From Candidatus Saccharimonadota bacterium (GTDB lineage Bacteria > Patescibacteriota > Saccharimonadia > Saccharimonadales > JACOTW01): a DNA stretch of 64,000 bases. Location of the stretch: NCBI GenBank assembly GCA_016178135.1, contig JACOTW010000002.1, positions 13,043 through 77,042 of the forward strand. The letters are read 5' to 3'. Every line of letters starts with the position of its first letter. Position 1 is the first letter of the stretch. Positions 19,687-29,502 of the stretch are shown here, one piece after another. The notes beneath the pieces were generated by a model, which saw only the letters and a list, made by a program, of their open reading frames with translations, did no database searches and had not been told where the DNA came from. Made by a program: the position numbers and the translations under genes.

Positions 19687-20433
19687 ATGGACAAAGGGAC
19701 AGGGCCAAAACCAAGAATAAATCTTTTCGGTTATCTGGATGAGACAGGTCTTCTTCATTCCCCAGCAACAGATAAAGTTTTTGGACTCGGCCTGACTATT
19801 TGTCATAATCCCAAAAAACTCCATCGTGATATTATAAACTTTCGTAACAGGCGAAAATACTATAAAGAATTCAAATCGACCGATATCCGCACACAGAACC
19901 TACCTATATACAAAGAGCTTCTTGATATTTTCTTTGATTCCCATAGTGTCAGCTTTTCGGGTCTTCTTTTCGATAAAAAACAGTTAGATCTAAACAAGTA
20001 TTTCAAAGGCGACTACGAGCGGGCATATGGTGTTTATGTAGCAAAACTTATATCGGATGCTTTGGAGGCTGAATCTAGCAAAGGCAGCAATTATATTGTT
20101 GTGCTTGCGGACGATGTTTCAACGAGCAAAGACGATCATTTCGAAAAGGTAGTTAAAGAAAAAGTAAAGATGCGACTTAGGCGTAACGCAGTGTTTGGGG
20201 TGGCAAGACTTGAGTCACATGCCATAACAGAGATTCAGATGACTGATGTGTTGCTTGGTATAGTCGCGTATTCTTTTAAAGTAAAGTTTGGCATGGTAAA
20301 GGGTAAAGGTGCAAAACTAGAGATGGTTAAATATATGCAAAAGAAGTTGGGAGTGTCCAAACTCTCACAAACGCAGAAAATAAAAAAGCGCGGTGGACTG
20401 CGCTTTTTCATCGAGGAATTTCATGCAAAATAA
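19687..20433 (+). CDS. DUF3800 family protein
   Basis: YLDETG at the N-terminus, EFK, VLADD, S-x4-IQMTD at the C-terminus, the pattern typical of DUF3800. Confidence 0.75.
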   Translation: MDKGTGPKPRINLFGYLDETGLLHSPATDKVFGLGLTICHNPKKLHRDIINFRNRRKYYKEFKSTDIRTQNLPIYKELLDIFFDSHSVSFSGLLFDKKQLDLNKYFKGDYERAYGVYVAKLISDALEAESSKGSNYIVVLADDVSTSKDDHFEKVVKEKVKMRLRRNAVFGVARLESHAITEIQMTDVLLGIVAYSFKVKFGMVKGKGAKLEMVKYMQKKLGVSKLSQTQKIKKRGGLRFFIEEFHAK

Positions 20434-20444
20434 TAAATACAAAA

Positions 20445-20507
20445 TAAAAATAGATGGCGCTTTGGGTACAATGGTCATCGAAGACCAACCCACGCATTCC
20501 ATCTACA
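20445..20507 (-). ncRNA. candidate small structured RNA convergent with the DUF3800 gene
   Basis: Minus-strand promoter TTGACA(20543-20538)-18 bp-TAAAAT(20519-20514) with TGn; nested stems TAGATGG/CCATCTA, GGGT/ACCC, TGGTC/GACCA; U-tract after the closing stem. Confidence 0.6.
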
Positions 20508-20698
20508 AGTCAAATTTTAACATATGTAAATACTTTCTGTCAATATTTTTTACAACACTTACTAAAGTTGCAAAAGCACTCGATAAAAAAATATAGCAAA
20601 AAAGAACAAAGAGGTTACGTTAAGTAATTAGTAGCAGTAGAAGCCCGTGTGCACACAAAACTATTGCAAAATCTAACAAACTCGTATATTATCGTAGT

Positions 20699-21268
20699 AT
20701 GAGCAAAACAATAAAGCTTGGTGAAGTGGCAGAAATCCAGAGTGGTTATAGCTTTCGTGGCGCTGTTGGCGATGACGGTGCTGGCACTATGGTTGTCCAA
20801 GCACGGGATATAAGTGCCCTTATAATCGGTGTTGATCACTTACCCCGGTTACAACAGGACTTCCCTAAGACAAAGTTGCTTCAAAAAGGTGACTTGCTTT
20901 TGACCTCACGTGGTTCTTTTCGAGCTGGCGTTGCTCGCTTTGACGCTCCTGCCGTGGCTTCATCGTCTTTATTTACGTTGCACCTACGAAACAAAACATA
21001 CCTGCCGGAGTTTGTAGCGCTATTCCTAAATTCTGGCCAAGCTCAGAGTTATATGACGCAGAATGCAAAAGGTGCAACGATTCAAAGCTTGAGCATTAGT
21101 GACCTAGCTGAACTGTCGCTACCGGTCGTTCCGATCGAACGGCAGAAGTTGCTAGTTGGCCTTCAGCAGAATGTCGAGACGCAGACAGCGCTACTGCGGT
21201 CAAAGCTAGATGTCGTGAATGAAATTTATATCGGTGCAATCAGTAAAAGTCTAAAAGGAGTCGCATAA
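20699..21268 (+). CDS. type I R-M specificity-subunit-like protein (single TRD, half-size)
   Basis: KLGEVAEIQSG, LLQKGDLLL, LPEFVALFLNS, GATIQSL, LPVVPIERQ. Confidence 0.8.
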   Translation: MSKTIKLGEVAEIQSGYSFRGAVGDDGAGTMVVQARDISALIIGVDHLPRLQQDFPKTKLLQKGDLLLTSRGSFRAGVARFDAPAVASSSLFTLHLRNKTYLPEFVALFLNSGQAQSYMTQNAKGATIQSLSISDLAELSLPVVPIERQKLLVGLQQNVETQTALLRSKLDVVNEIYIGAISKSLKGVA

Positions 21269-22779
21269 TGGTAGCCAAGAAATACAGCCAAACAGAACTT
21301 AACAATATTTTATGGGATGCTGCCGACTCTAGCCGCACCAGCGTGGATGCGGGTATATATAAGGACTACGCACTTACGATGTTGTTCTTTAAGTACCTTA
21401 GTGATAAATCCCAAAAGCAACATGCCGAATACGCCGAGCGCTACGGTGCAGATGAAGACCGCATCGCGTCAAAGATGAAGCAAGATCGCTTCTATCTACC
21501 GCCTGACACCGATTTTGATTACATTTACGCTAAAAAGGAAGAAGACAACATCGGGGAAGAGCTCAATAAGGTCCTGCATCGCATAGAAGAAACCAATAAA
21601 GCCAAGCTAGAAGGCGTCTTCAGTGTAGACTTCAACTCCGAGTCTATTCTGGGCAAACAAGCACAGCGCAACAAGATGCTCCGTCACCTAATCGACGACT
21701 TTTATAAAATTGACCTCAGTGACGCCGACGAAGATATTATCGGTAATTCCTACATGTATCTTATTGAACGATTCGGTGCTGACGCCGGTAAAAAGGCTGG
21801 TGAGTTCTTTACCGTAAAGTCGGTTGCAAAGCTAGTTGCCATGCTTGCACAGCCAAAGCCCGGCGATCGTATAGCTGACCCAGCGATGGGCAGTGGTGGT
21901 CTTCTCTTGTTGGCTGGCGAAGAAGTTGAAAAACAAGGCTCCAACAACTACGCGCTGTATGGTCAGGAGTCAACCGGCAGTACTTTCCAGTTAGCCCGCA
22001 TGAATATGTTCCTTCATGGCAAAGACTCGGCCTATCTGGAATGGGGCGATACACTCAATAACCCTCAACTGGTAGAAAACGACAAACTGATGAAGTTTGA
22101 TGTTTGTGTCGCTAATCCACCATTTTCTCTCAAGAAATGGGGTGCCGAAAATGCCGATAGCGATAAATATAACCGCTTCTGGCGTGGTGTACCGCCAAAG
22201 GATAAGGGTGACTATGCCTTTATTACCCACATGGTTGAAACTGCCAAGCCAAAAAATGGCCGTGTGTCAGTTATTGTGCCGCACGGCGTACTGTTCCGCA
22301 GTGGTGCTGAGGGTAAAATCCGCGAAGCACTACTCAGAGAAAATATTGTAGACGCAGTCATTGGTTTACCGGCTGGCCTATTCCAAACTACCGGTATTCC
22401 TGTGGCAATTCTAATACTCGACCGTTCCCGCGAAGAGGGTGGCAAGAACGCCAACAAGCAAGACGTGTTATTTATCGAAGCGTCGAAAGAATTCAAACCT
22501 GGCAAAGCCCAGAATACGCTGACCCAGGAAAACATCGACAAAATCTATGACACCTACGTTCAGCGTAAAGACGTAGACAAATTTGCCCACGTTGCCAGCT
22601 TAGACGAAATTATTGAAAACGATTTCAACCTTAATATCACGCGGTACGTTGACACTTTCGTAGAAGAGGCAGAAATAGATATTGCGGCTAACCTAGCGGA
22701 ACTAGAAAAGCTTAACCCAGAACTTCAAAAACTTGAGGCCCAGATGAATGATTATCTAAGGCAGCTAGGGATCAATTAA
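21268..22779 (+). CDS. hsdM: type I R-M N6-adenine methyltransferase subunit
   Basis: GEFFT, DPAMGSGGLL, YGQE, ANPPF, VPHGVLFR, FNLNITRYVD. Confidence 0.95.
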   Translation: MVAKKYSQTELNNILWDAADSSRTSVDAGIYKDYALTMLFFKYLSDKSQKQHAEYAERYGADEDRIASKMKQDRFYLPPDTDFDYIYAKKEEDNIGEELNKVLHRIEETNKAKLEGVFSVDFNSESILGKQAQRNKMLRHLIDDFYKIDLSDADEDIIGNSYMYLIERFGADAGKKAGEFFTVKSVAKLVAMLAQPKPGDRIADPAMGSGGLLLLAGEEVEKQGSNNYALYGQESTGSTFQLARMNMFLHGKDSAYLEWGDTLNNPQLVENDKLMKFDVCVANPPFSLKKWGAENADSDKYNRFWRGVPPKDKGDYAFITHMVETAKPKNGRVSVIVPHGVLFRSGAEGKIREALLRENIVDAVIGLPAGLFQTTGIPVAILILDRSREEGGKNANKQDVLFIEASKEFKPGKAQNTLTQENIDKIYDTYVQRKDVDKFAHVASLDEIIENDFNLNITRYVDTFVEEAEIDIAANLAELEKLNPELQKLEAQMNDYLRQLGIN

Positions 22780-22780
22780 G

Positions 22781-23839
22781 ATGCCACAGCTAGCAACTCG
22801 ATCTACCTCAAGCGAGACGATGGACGTTGACCCTATTGTTTTAAGGGAAACTACGACTACCAGGTTGATATTTTGCCCTAGTTGGGTTAGCACTTCGGAT
22901 AACCCACTAAGGGGTGGTTTTGTCTTCCAGAGGAAAAGTCGAAGTACCACTTGGGAAAATTTTGAGTCTATTTCACTTGCAAATATGCACATGAACGAAG
23001 AGTACAAGTTGAATCTAGGCGGTGATGAAGTTAGCATGCTGTTAAATTCACTGGACGATATTAACAAACTGCTTATCGAGCACGGCCATTCATATGGTCA
23101 GCGAGTTTTTGAACTTAAAGAGAATAATGCTGGTGGAATCTTCGTACAAATAGGTCAGATAGAAAATCGACAATGGATTGTTGATGAGCTTAAAAAACTG
23201 GAAGCAAACAATTTCGAAAACTTGGGAACTGCTCTAGGCCGTGCGCGTATAGAATTAGCGATTGAAGAGATAGAAAGCAACATGTCTAACGACAGTGAGT
23301 CTTTTTGGCAGGCATTTTTCTCACGCAATACGTGGGTATTACAACAGGTATTTGCTTACCCAGTTTTTTACCTTAACGGAGAAACATATCTAGGTGGTAA
23401 AAATTCAAGCGGCAGAAATGGAGCTGGCGGTACGGCTACAGACTTTCTGTTGAAGCATGGATCAACCGGTAGCTTTGCCGTTATAGAAATTAAAACGCCT
23501 ATGAGTGATCTCATCGGCACCGAGTATAGAGGCACTGATGCAGGGCTTGAAAACCAAATATTTAGTATGCACAAAGAACTGTCGGGTGGAATTGTGCAAA
23601 TGGAGAATCAAATACGTATTGCAGTAGAGGAGTTTGGTGGGCCGCTTACGCGGGATTACCCTGGCTTGAATTACCTTAATCCCTGTGGTGTTTTAATTAT
23701 CGGTAAATATGATGGTCTATCCGATGAGCAAAAGCGCTCCTTCTTCTTATTCAGAAAATCTCTAGGCAAAAATCTTGTTTATACCTATGACGAACTACTT
23801 GAGAAAATCAAGTTACTAAGAGGTGTCTATGAATCATAG
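22781..23839 (+). CDS. sduA: Shedu anti-phage nuclease (SduA, DUF4263 C-terminal domain)
   Basis: ESFWQAFFSRNTWVL, TDFLL, VIEIKTP, ELSGGIVQ, GVLIIG, YTYDELLE. Confidence 0.85.
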   Translation: MPQLATRSTSSETMDVDPIVLRETTTTRLIFCPSWVSTSDNPLRGGFVFQRKSRSTTWENFESISLANMHMNEEYKLNLGGDEVSMLLNSLDDINKLLIEHGHSYGQRVFELKENNAGGIFVQIGQIENRQWIVDELKKLEANNFENLGTALGRARIELAIEEIESNMSNDSESFWQAFFSRNTWVLQQVFAYPVFYLNGETYLGGKNSSGRNGAGGTATDFLLKHGSTGSFAVIEIKTPMSDLIGTEYRGTDAGLENQIFSMHKELSGGIVQMENQIRIAVEEFGGPLTRDYPGLNYLNPCGVLIIGKYDGLSDEQKRSFFLFRKSLGKNLVYTYDELLEKIKLLRGVYES

Positions 23840-25088
23840 TCAAATACCCGATGGTTGGCATGTCAAGAAACTTAAACAGACTGGTGAGGCAATAATCGGT
23901 CTAACGTATTCCCCGAAGGATGTGGTTGACTCTGGTGGAATCGAAGTCTTACGATCGTCTAATGTTCAACACGGTAGGATTGTACTGGATGATCTAGTAA
24001 GGGTTAATGCAAAAATTCCCGAAAAGATTATTCTTCAAGATGGAGATATTCTAGTATGCGCTAGAAACGGTAGCCGTAGACTAATTGGTAAAAATGCTCG
24101 AATTAATAGACACAATATAGGCAAAACATTTGGTGCTTTTATGTGTGTGTATCGATCAGACAATCCGAACTATATGTATTGGGTATTCCAAACTGAGTCT
24201 TTTAGAAAACAGATTGCACGCGACTTAGGCCCAACGATTAATCAAGTAACGACCGGCAATCTTAATTCGTTTAAGTTTGCATTTCCGAGTGAAGACGAAC
24301 AAGCGAGAATTGTCACGGTTTTAGAAGTTTGGGATGAGTATGTTGAAAAATTAGACAAAAAAATTGAACTCAAAAAGAATATTAAAAAAGGTTTAATGCA
24401 GGATTTACTAACTGGCGAGATTCAAATTCCTGGTTTTAATGGAGAGTGGCAAGAAGTCAAATTGGGCGAAAATGGTGAAACGTACGCAGGCCTGTCGGGT
24501 AAAACAAAAGAAGATTTTGGCCAAGGCAAGCCGTATATTACCTACATGAATATATACTCAAATCCAACAGTTGACCAAAACAACTACGAACTTGTTAAAT
24601 TAGACCATGAAGAATCTCAAAATAAAGTCAAATACGGCGACATTCTATTCACGACCTCTTCTGAAACGCCTGAAGAAGTAGGTATTGCTTCTGTTTATCT
24701 AGGAAATGACAGCGAGCTTTATCTAAACAGCTTCTGTTTTGGGTTTAGATTGAAACAACCGGCTAAGCTTTCTCCAAAATTTGCTCGCCATTATTTCAGA
24801 GGTCAGCAGTTTAGGAAAACAATGACACGCATAGCTCAAGGTGCAAGTCGCTATAATCTTTCGAAAAGATACTTCATGGAGACAAAGATCAGGATACCTG
24901 TAGACATTGCGGAGCAAGAGCGCATTGCCGAACTATTAGACAACATAAGTTTTGATATAAAGCTACTGCACGATAAAAGACAACTTGTCCTTAATCAGAA
25001 AAAGTATTTGGTTAATAATCTTATAAGGGGTGATCTACGAACACCGGAAGACTTACGGATATCTATAAAGGAGATGCAGCATGCTTGA
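23829..25088 (+). CDS. hsdS: type I R-M specificity subunit (two TRDs)
   Basis: IPDGW, P..EQARIV..L, KKGLMQDLLTG, second TRD and EQERIAELL. Confidence 0.93.
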   Translation: MNHSQIPDGWHVKKLKQTGEAIIGLTYSPKDVVDSGGIEVLRSSNVQHGRIVLDDLVRVNAKIPEKIILQDGDILVCARNGSRRLIGKNARINRHNIGKTFGAFMCVYRSDNPNYMYWVFQTESFRKQIARDLGPTINQVTTGNLNSFKFAFPSEDEQARIVTVLEVWDEYVEKLDKKIELKKNIKKGLMQDLLTGEIQIPGFNGEWQEVKLGENGETYAGLSGKTKEDFGQGKPYITYMNIYSNPTVDQNNYELVKLDHEESQNKVKYGDILFTTSSETPEEVGIASVYLGNDSELYLNSFCFGFRLKQPAKLSPKFARHYFRGQQFRKTMTRIAQGASRYNLSKRYFMETKIRIPVDIAEQERIAELLDNISFDIKLLHDKRQLVLNQKKYLVNNLIRGDLRTPEDLRISIKEMQHA

Positions 25089-28000
25089 GAATGTTAACTT
25101 TGATGAGGCCAGACAGTCGCAACTTACATTTGTTGAGATGCTTATAAATATGGGTTATGCGTATTTGCCGACAGCGGAGCTTATGCGTCAGCGTAGTGGT
25201 GACACTTCGTACTATCTACTAAAAGAAGTTGCTGCAGAATCTTTGATGCGAATCAATGATTACGAGCACCACGGCCAGACGTACAAGTTTACGGAGAAGG
25301 ACGTTGCCGAGACCATTGATGAGCTAGAAAGCCTCCAGCACGAAGGGTTGATAGATACATCCAAAGCCGTTTACAACACCATAATGCCGCTCAAAGGTGG
25401 TAAAACAATCCGTGTTTTCCATGATGGTAAATATGAGTCTAAAAGTTTCCGTTTTATCGACTTTGAACACCCAGAGAATAACCAATTTCATGTAGCTGTG
25501 GAAGTTGAAATCAGCGCCAAGAGCGGTACCCGCCGTCCTGATATCGTTTGTTACATTAACGGTATTCCGTTTGTCGTGATTGAAAATAAGAAATCGAGTA
25601 CCAATGTATCCGATGCCATAAACCAAATGATTCGCAACCAGGGTCCCGACTATAGCCCTAAGTTTTTTATCTATCCACAACTATTGATAGCTACTAACGG
25701 TAAAGACTTACGCTACGGAACTACCGGAACTCCAGCTGAGTTCTACGTTAACTGGCGGGAAAAAGACCACAGCGCCGAAGAAGTTGACGAAAAAGTACGT
25801 AATCTTATCTCCACCAAAATTGATGATGAACAATACACTCAGTTACTGCAAGATCTAAATGGAAATACTCATGGTCACACTCAGCGCCTTGACCGCAAGC
25901 CAACCGAGCAAGACCGTTCCATAATTGCTCTACTCGATAAAAAACGACTGCTAGATATTACTAAGAATTACATCCTATACGATGGCGTTCAAAAAAAAGT
26001 TATGCGCTACCAGCAATTTTTTGCAATCAACCGTGCATTGAAACGTATTGAAGAGAAAGAACCAACCAGCCACGGTGAACGTCGTAAGGGCGGTATCATC
26101 TGGCATACGCAGGGCTCCGGCAAGTCATTGACGATGGTAATGTTCGTTCGCGCTCTAATTGAAGACCCCCGCATAATAAACCCACGCATATTAATTGTTA
26201 CCGACCGTAAAGACTTGGATAGGCAAATTCTTGGGACTTTCCAAAACGCCGGACTCAAGAAAAAAGTGAAGCAAGCCCGCAGTGGTGAGCACTTGCTTGA
26301 ACTCATAAAGTCTAAAGACACAAGCGTTGTCACGACATTAATCCATAAGTTCCAGTCGGCGTCCCGCCGTCGGGCAGACTTTATAGACAACGACCAAAAC
26401 ATTTTTGTACTTATTGACGAGGCGCACCGCTCGCAGCAGGGTGATGCCAATATAGAGATGAATCGTACTATCCCGAACGCCTGCTACATTGCCTTCACTG
26501 GCACCCCACTTCTTAAACGTGAGCAATCACAAAACAAGTTCGGTAGCTTCATTGATAAATACACAATTGATGATGCTCTCGAAGACAATATAGTTCTGCC
26601 ACTCATTTACGAAGGTCGCTACGTAGACCTGCATCAGGATAAAAAAGAGATTGATCGCCAAGCAGACCGTGTCATGGAAGATATGCCTGAATATATTCGA
26701 AAGAAGTTACAAGAATCGGTACAAAAAAGTATCATACAAGATAGTCCAAAACGTATTAATGAAATTGCATATGATATAGAAAAACATTATATTAGTCGCT
26801 TCCAAGGGTATGGACTGAAGGCGCAGATAGTGGCACCGTCCAAATTCTCAGCCATGCTGTTCCAAAAATACTTTAATGATAGTGGCAAGATAAATACAGC
26901 CCTTGTTATATCTGACGAAAATGGCATCATTGACGACAAAGACGAGCACAAAAAAGAAGTCGAAGGCTACCTAAAAGATATTAAGGATAAATACCAAAGC
27001 CTACTTAGCTACGAAAAGGAAGTCATCGATAGCTTCAAGTACAACGACGAAGGTGTAGAAATCCTGATTGTTGTCGACAAACTCCTCACGGGCTTCGATG
27101 CACCGCGTAATACGGTACTTTACCTCGCCAAAGAGCTGAGAGACCATAACTTGCTCCAGGCAATCGCTCGTGTTAACCGCCTGTATGACAACCCAGCTTT
27201 ACCAAAAACAGCGGGTTTCATTATCGACTATTCTGAAAATGCCCAGAACATCCATACTGCTATGCAGCTGTTTGGTAATTACGACGAGACTGACGTTAAA
27301 GGTGCGCTGATTGATGTCAACGAAAAGATACAAGACCTTGAAACCAGCTACGGTGCCTTACACGACATATTCAACGGTATTCAAAGCGACGACGAAGCCT
27401 ACCTACAGCACCTTAACGATGATCCAACTCGCAAAGAATTCTATGCCGCACTTAATAAGTTCGTGCAGGAATTTAGCGAGTGTATGGTATTGCAAGACTT
27501 TGCTCATGAGTTTGAAGACCTTGATATTTATCGTCTAGAACTAAAGAAGTTCATGGAACTTCGAAAAACTGCCACTTTGATGCACGAAGAGCGGGTTGAT
27601 TTTTCGAAGTACAAGAATGCGCTAGTGAAAATAATGGACGACAACATAAAAGCAGACGAAGCTGAGTTATTGACCGAAGAAATTAACATTACTGACAAGG
27701 AATTGTTTGATAAGGCAATTGAAGAAATTGGCTCCGACAAATCCAAGGCCGAAGCTATTGCCGCACAAACCAAACGAACAATTACCGAGAAGTTTAACAC
27801 TGACCCCGAATTTTACGGCAAGTTTTCGAAGAAGATTAGCGAAATCCTTGACGCTATGCGAGCAAAGAAGCTTGCCGACATTGAAGCTCTAAAACAACTT
27901 AAGCTCATAACAGATGAGGTATTAAATAAAAAGGACGATACGTTGCCTTCGGTAGTCGCTGAAACGCCCGGGGTTGATATTCTATATCGCAACCTCCGCG

Positions 28001-28254
28001 CTCATCTTGATTTGGAAGAAATTACTTATATAAAAACCGTACTTGATATATACCAAGTACTAAGCAAAAATGCTCGAGTAGATTGGTGGAAGAATCACGA
28101 AATGAAACGAATCATGCGGAGCAGTATTGACGATTACCTATACGATGAAGTGAAAGTGAAGCTTGGCGTCAACCTTACTGTCGATCAAATTGATTCAATT
28201 GTAGATGACGTCATGAAACTGGCAGAAAATAACTACGAGATATTTGTTAAATGA
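25081..28254 (+). CDS. hsdR: type I R-M restriction subunit
   Basis: RPDIVCYINGIPFVVIENK nuclease motif, WHTQGSGKS, DEAHR, FTGTP, LLTGFDAP, QAIARVNR. Confidence 0.95.
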   Translation: MLENVNFDEARQSQLTFVEMLINMGYAYLPTAELMRQRSGDTSYYLLKEVAAESLMRINDYEHHGQTYKFTEKDVAETIDELESLQHEGLIDTSKAVYNTIMPLKGGKTIRVFHDGKYESKSFRFIDFEHPENNQFHVAVEVEISAKSGTRRPDIVCYINGIPFVVIENKKSSTNVSDAINQMIRNQGPDYSPKFFIYPQLLIATNGKDLRYGTTGTPAEFYVNWREKDHSAEEVDEKVRNLISTKIDDEQYTQLLQDLNGNTHGHTQRLDRKPTEQDRSIIALLDKKRLLDITKNYILYDGVQKKVMRYQQFFAINRALKRIEEKEPTSHGERRKGGIIWHTQGSGKSLTMVMFVRALIEDPRIINPRILIVTDRKDLDRQILGTFQNAGLKKKVKQARSGEHLLELIKSKDTSVVTTLIHKFQSASRRRADFIDNDQNIFVLIDEAHRSQQGDANIEMNRTIPNACYIAFTGTPLLKREQSQNKFGSFIDKYTIDDALEDNIVLPLIYEGRYVDLHQDKKEIDRQADRVMEDMPEYIRKKLQESVQKSIIQDSPKRINEIAYDIEKHYISRFQGYGLKAQIVAPSKFSAMLFQKYFNDSGKINTALVISDENGIIDDKDEHKKEVEGYLKDIKDKYQSLLSYEKEVIDSFKYNDEGVEILIVVDKLLTGFDAPRNTVLYLAKELRDHNLLQAIARVNRLYDNPALPKTAGFIIDYSENAQNIHTAMQLFGNYDETDVKGALIDVNEKIQDLETSYGALHDIFNGIQSDDEAYLQHLNDDPTRKEFYAALNKFVQEFSECMVLQDFAHEFEDLDIYRLELKKFMELRKTATLMHEERVDFSKYKNALVKIMDDNIKADEAELLTEEINITDKELFDKAIEEIGSDKSKAEAIAAQTKRTITEKFNTDPEFYGKFSKKISEILDAMRAKKLADIEALKQLKLITDEVLNKKDDTLPSVVAETPGVDILYRNLRAHLDLEEITYIKTVLDIYQVLSKNARVDWWKNHEMKRIMRSSIDDYLYDEVKVKLGVNLTVDQIDSIVDDVMKLAENNYEIFVK

Positions 28255-28955
28255 CCACCCGAACCTTTGAATATGGCACACATAGTTACATTTATGGGTT
28301 AGTTCGTCAGGACAGAAAAACTTTGAGCCTCACGGTTGAACCTTGTCTAGATATTATCCTGAAAGTTCCGGAAGATGTCGACAATGAGCGAATTGAAAAG
28401 TTTCTGCGTAAGAAATGGATGTGGCTCAATAAACAGCTGACCTTTTTCGAGAAATATCGCAAGAAGTATTACCAGAAAGAATATGTCTCGGGCGAGAGTT
28501 TTTATTACCTAGGCCGGCAATACAAATTGATCGTAGTTAATGGCGATAAAAACTCGGTTGCGCTGAGTAAGGGCAAGCTTACAATTACGACGGGTAAAAA
28601 TACTTCTGACGGTAAATATAACCGGACATTGCTCGAGCGATGGTATAAGCAACGTAGACACGCTGTATTTACTGAACGTTACGCTGAAGTCCTGACACAT
28701 TTTGATTACAAATTCACTCCGGAGTTAACCGTACGCGTAATGGCACGACGCTGGGGTAGCTATATCAAGGGCGAGCGCATCATATTGAATCCGCTACTAA
28801 TTCAGGCTCCCAAAGAAGCCATAGACTACGTAATTACCCACGAACTTTGCCACATGAAGTATAAAAACCACGACCCGCGGTTCTTTCAGCTTATGGATAC
28901 TAAATATACAGGTTGGCGCAAGACTAAGGAAAAGCTGGAGCTACTAGTCGCATGA
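28251..28955 (+). CDS. YgjP/DUF45 (M48-like) zinc metallopeptidase associated with type I R-M
   Basis: RKTLSL, SGESFYYLGR, RWGS, YVITHELCH, NHDPRF. Confidence 0.9.
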   Translation: MTTRTFEYGTHSYIYGLVRQDRKTLSLTVEPCLDIILKVPEDVDNERIEKFLRKKWMWLNKQLTFFEKYRKKYYQKEYVSGESFYYLGRQYKLIVVNGDKNSVALSKGKLTITTGKNTSDGKYNRTLLERWYKQRRHAVFTERYAEVLTHFDYKFTPELTVRVMARRWGSYIKGERIILNPLLIQAPKEAIDYVITHELCHMKYKNHDPRFFQLMDTKYTGWRKTKEKLELLVA

Positions 28956-28982
28956 TTGAATGTAAAAACAGGGAGAAAACTA

Positions 28983-29216
28983 ATGAGTGAATGTATTTGT
29001 TCTGTCTGCGGGCACGACGAATCAAAATGTAGTCCCGACGAAACGTATCGTCGGGCAAAAGAACTGATCGGGTTTAAGAAAAAGGCATCTGCCGCACTAT
29101 TACAGCGCGACCTTAAAATAAGCTACGCTAAATCCGCAGATATATTGGATGAACTAGAGGCGGAAGGCCTGGTTGGTCCGGCCGATGACGCACAGCCTAG
29201 ACAAGTTTTACTATAG
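28983..29216 (+). CDS. stand-alone FtsK gamma (winged-helix) domain protein with N-terminal Cys cluster
   Basis: KASAALLQRDLKISYAKSADILDELEAEGLVGPADDAQPRQVL aligns to the gamma domain of the adjacent FtsK (KASTSLLQRRLRVGYARAARLIETMEEQGIVGPADGARSREVL); N-terminal CICSVC. Confidence 0.75.
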   Translation: MSECICSVCGHDESKCSPDETYRRAKELIGFKKKASAALLQRDLKISYAKSADILDELEAEGLVGPADDAQPRQVLL

Positions 29217-29381
29217 TGCAAAGTTCTACAGAAAAATTAATGGAGACCTCGCACTCAAGAATATAATCGCTGATAAAATTTTTGAAGAAATGTACGCACA
29301 AAAACACCAATAAGAAAGGATGTAAATGAGCAGAAACCGTTTGTGATGGTTTTTGGCATACGTTATTCCTTCCGGGTTCCG

Positions 29382-29410
29382 TTGACAAGTGTTGTAAAAT
29401 TGGCTATAAT
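29382..29410 (+). promoter_or_regulatory. consensus sigma70 promoter of ftsK
   Basis: TTGACA-17 bp-TATAAT. Confidence 0.75.
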
Positions 29411-29486
29411 AGGGCTTACGTACTTTTTCGTGGCAATAGACTGGACCTGCCGCACCCGTTATCTACGAAAAAATGTGTAAATCCTA
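29410..29486. mobile_element. short family-C palindromic element in the ftsK promoter
   Basis: TAGGGCTTACGTACTTTTTCGTGG / CTACGAAAAAATGTGTAAATCCTA imperfect IR resembling the termini at 6503; TATAAT on both sides. Confidence 0.6.
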
Positions 29487-29502
29487 TATAATAAGATCAG
29501 CA

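Noticed and set aside
17341..29216. Prophage or integrative element call for the defence island
   Set aside because: No integrase, phage structural genes or flanking att duplication seen; treated only as an accessory island.
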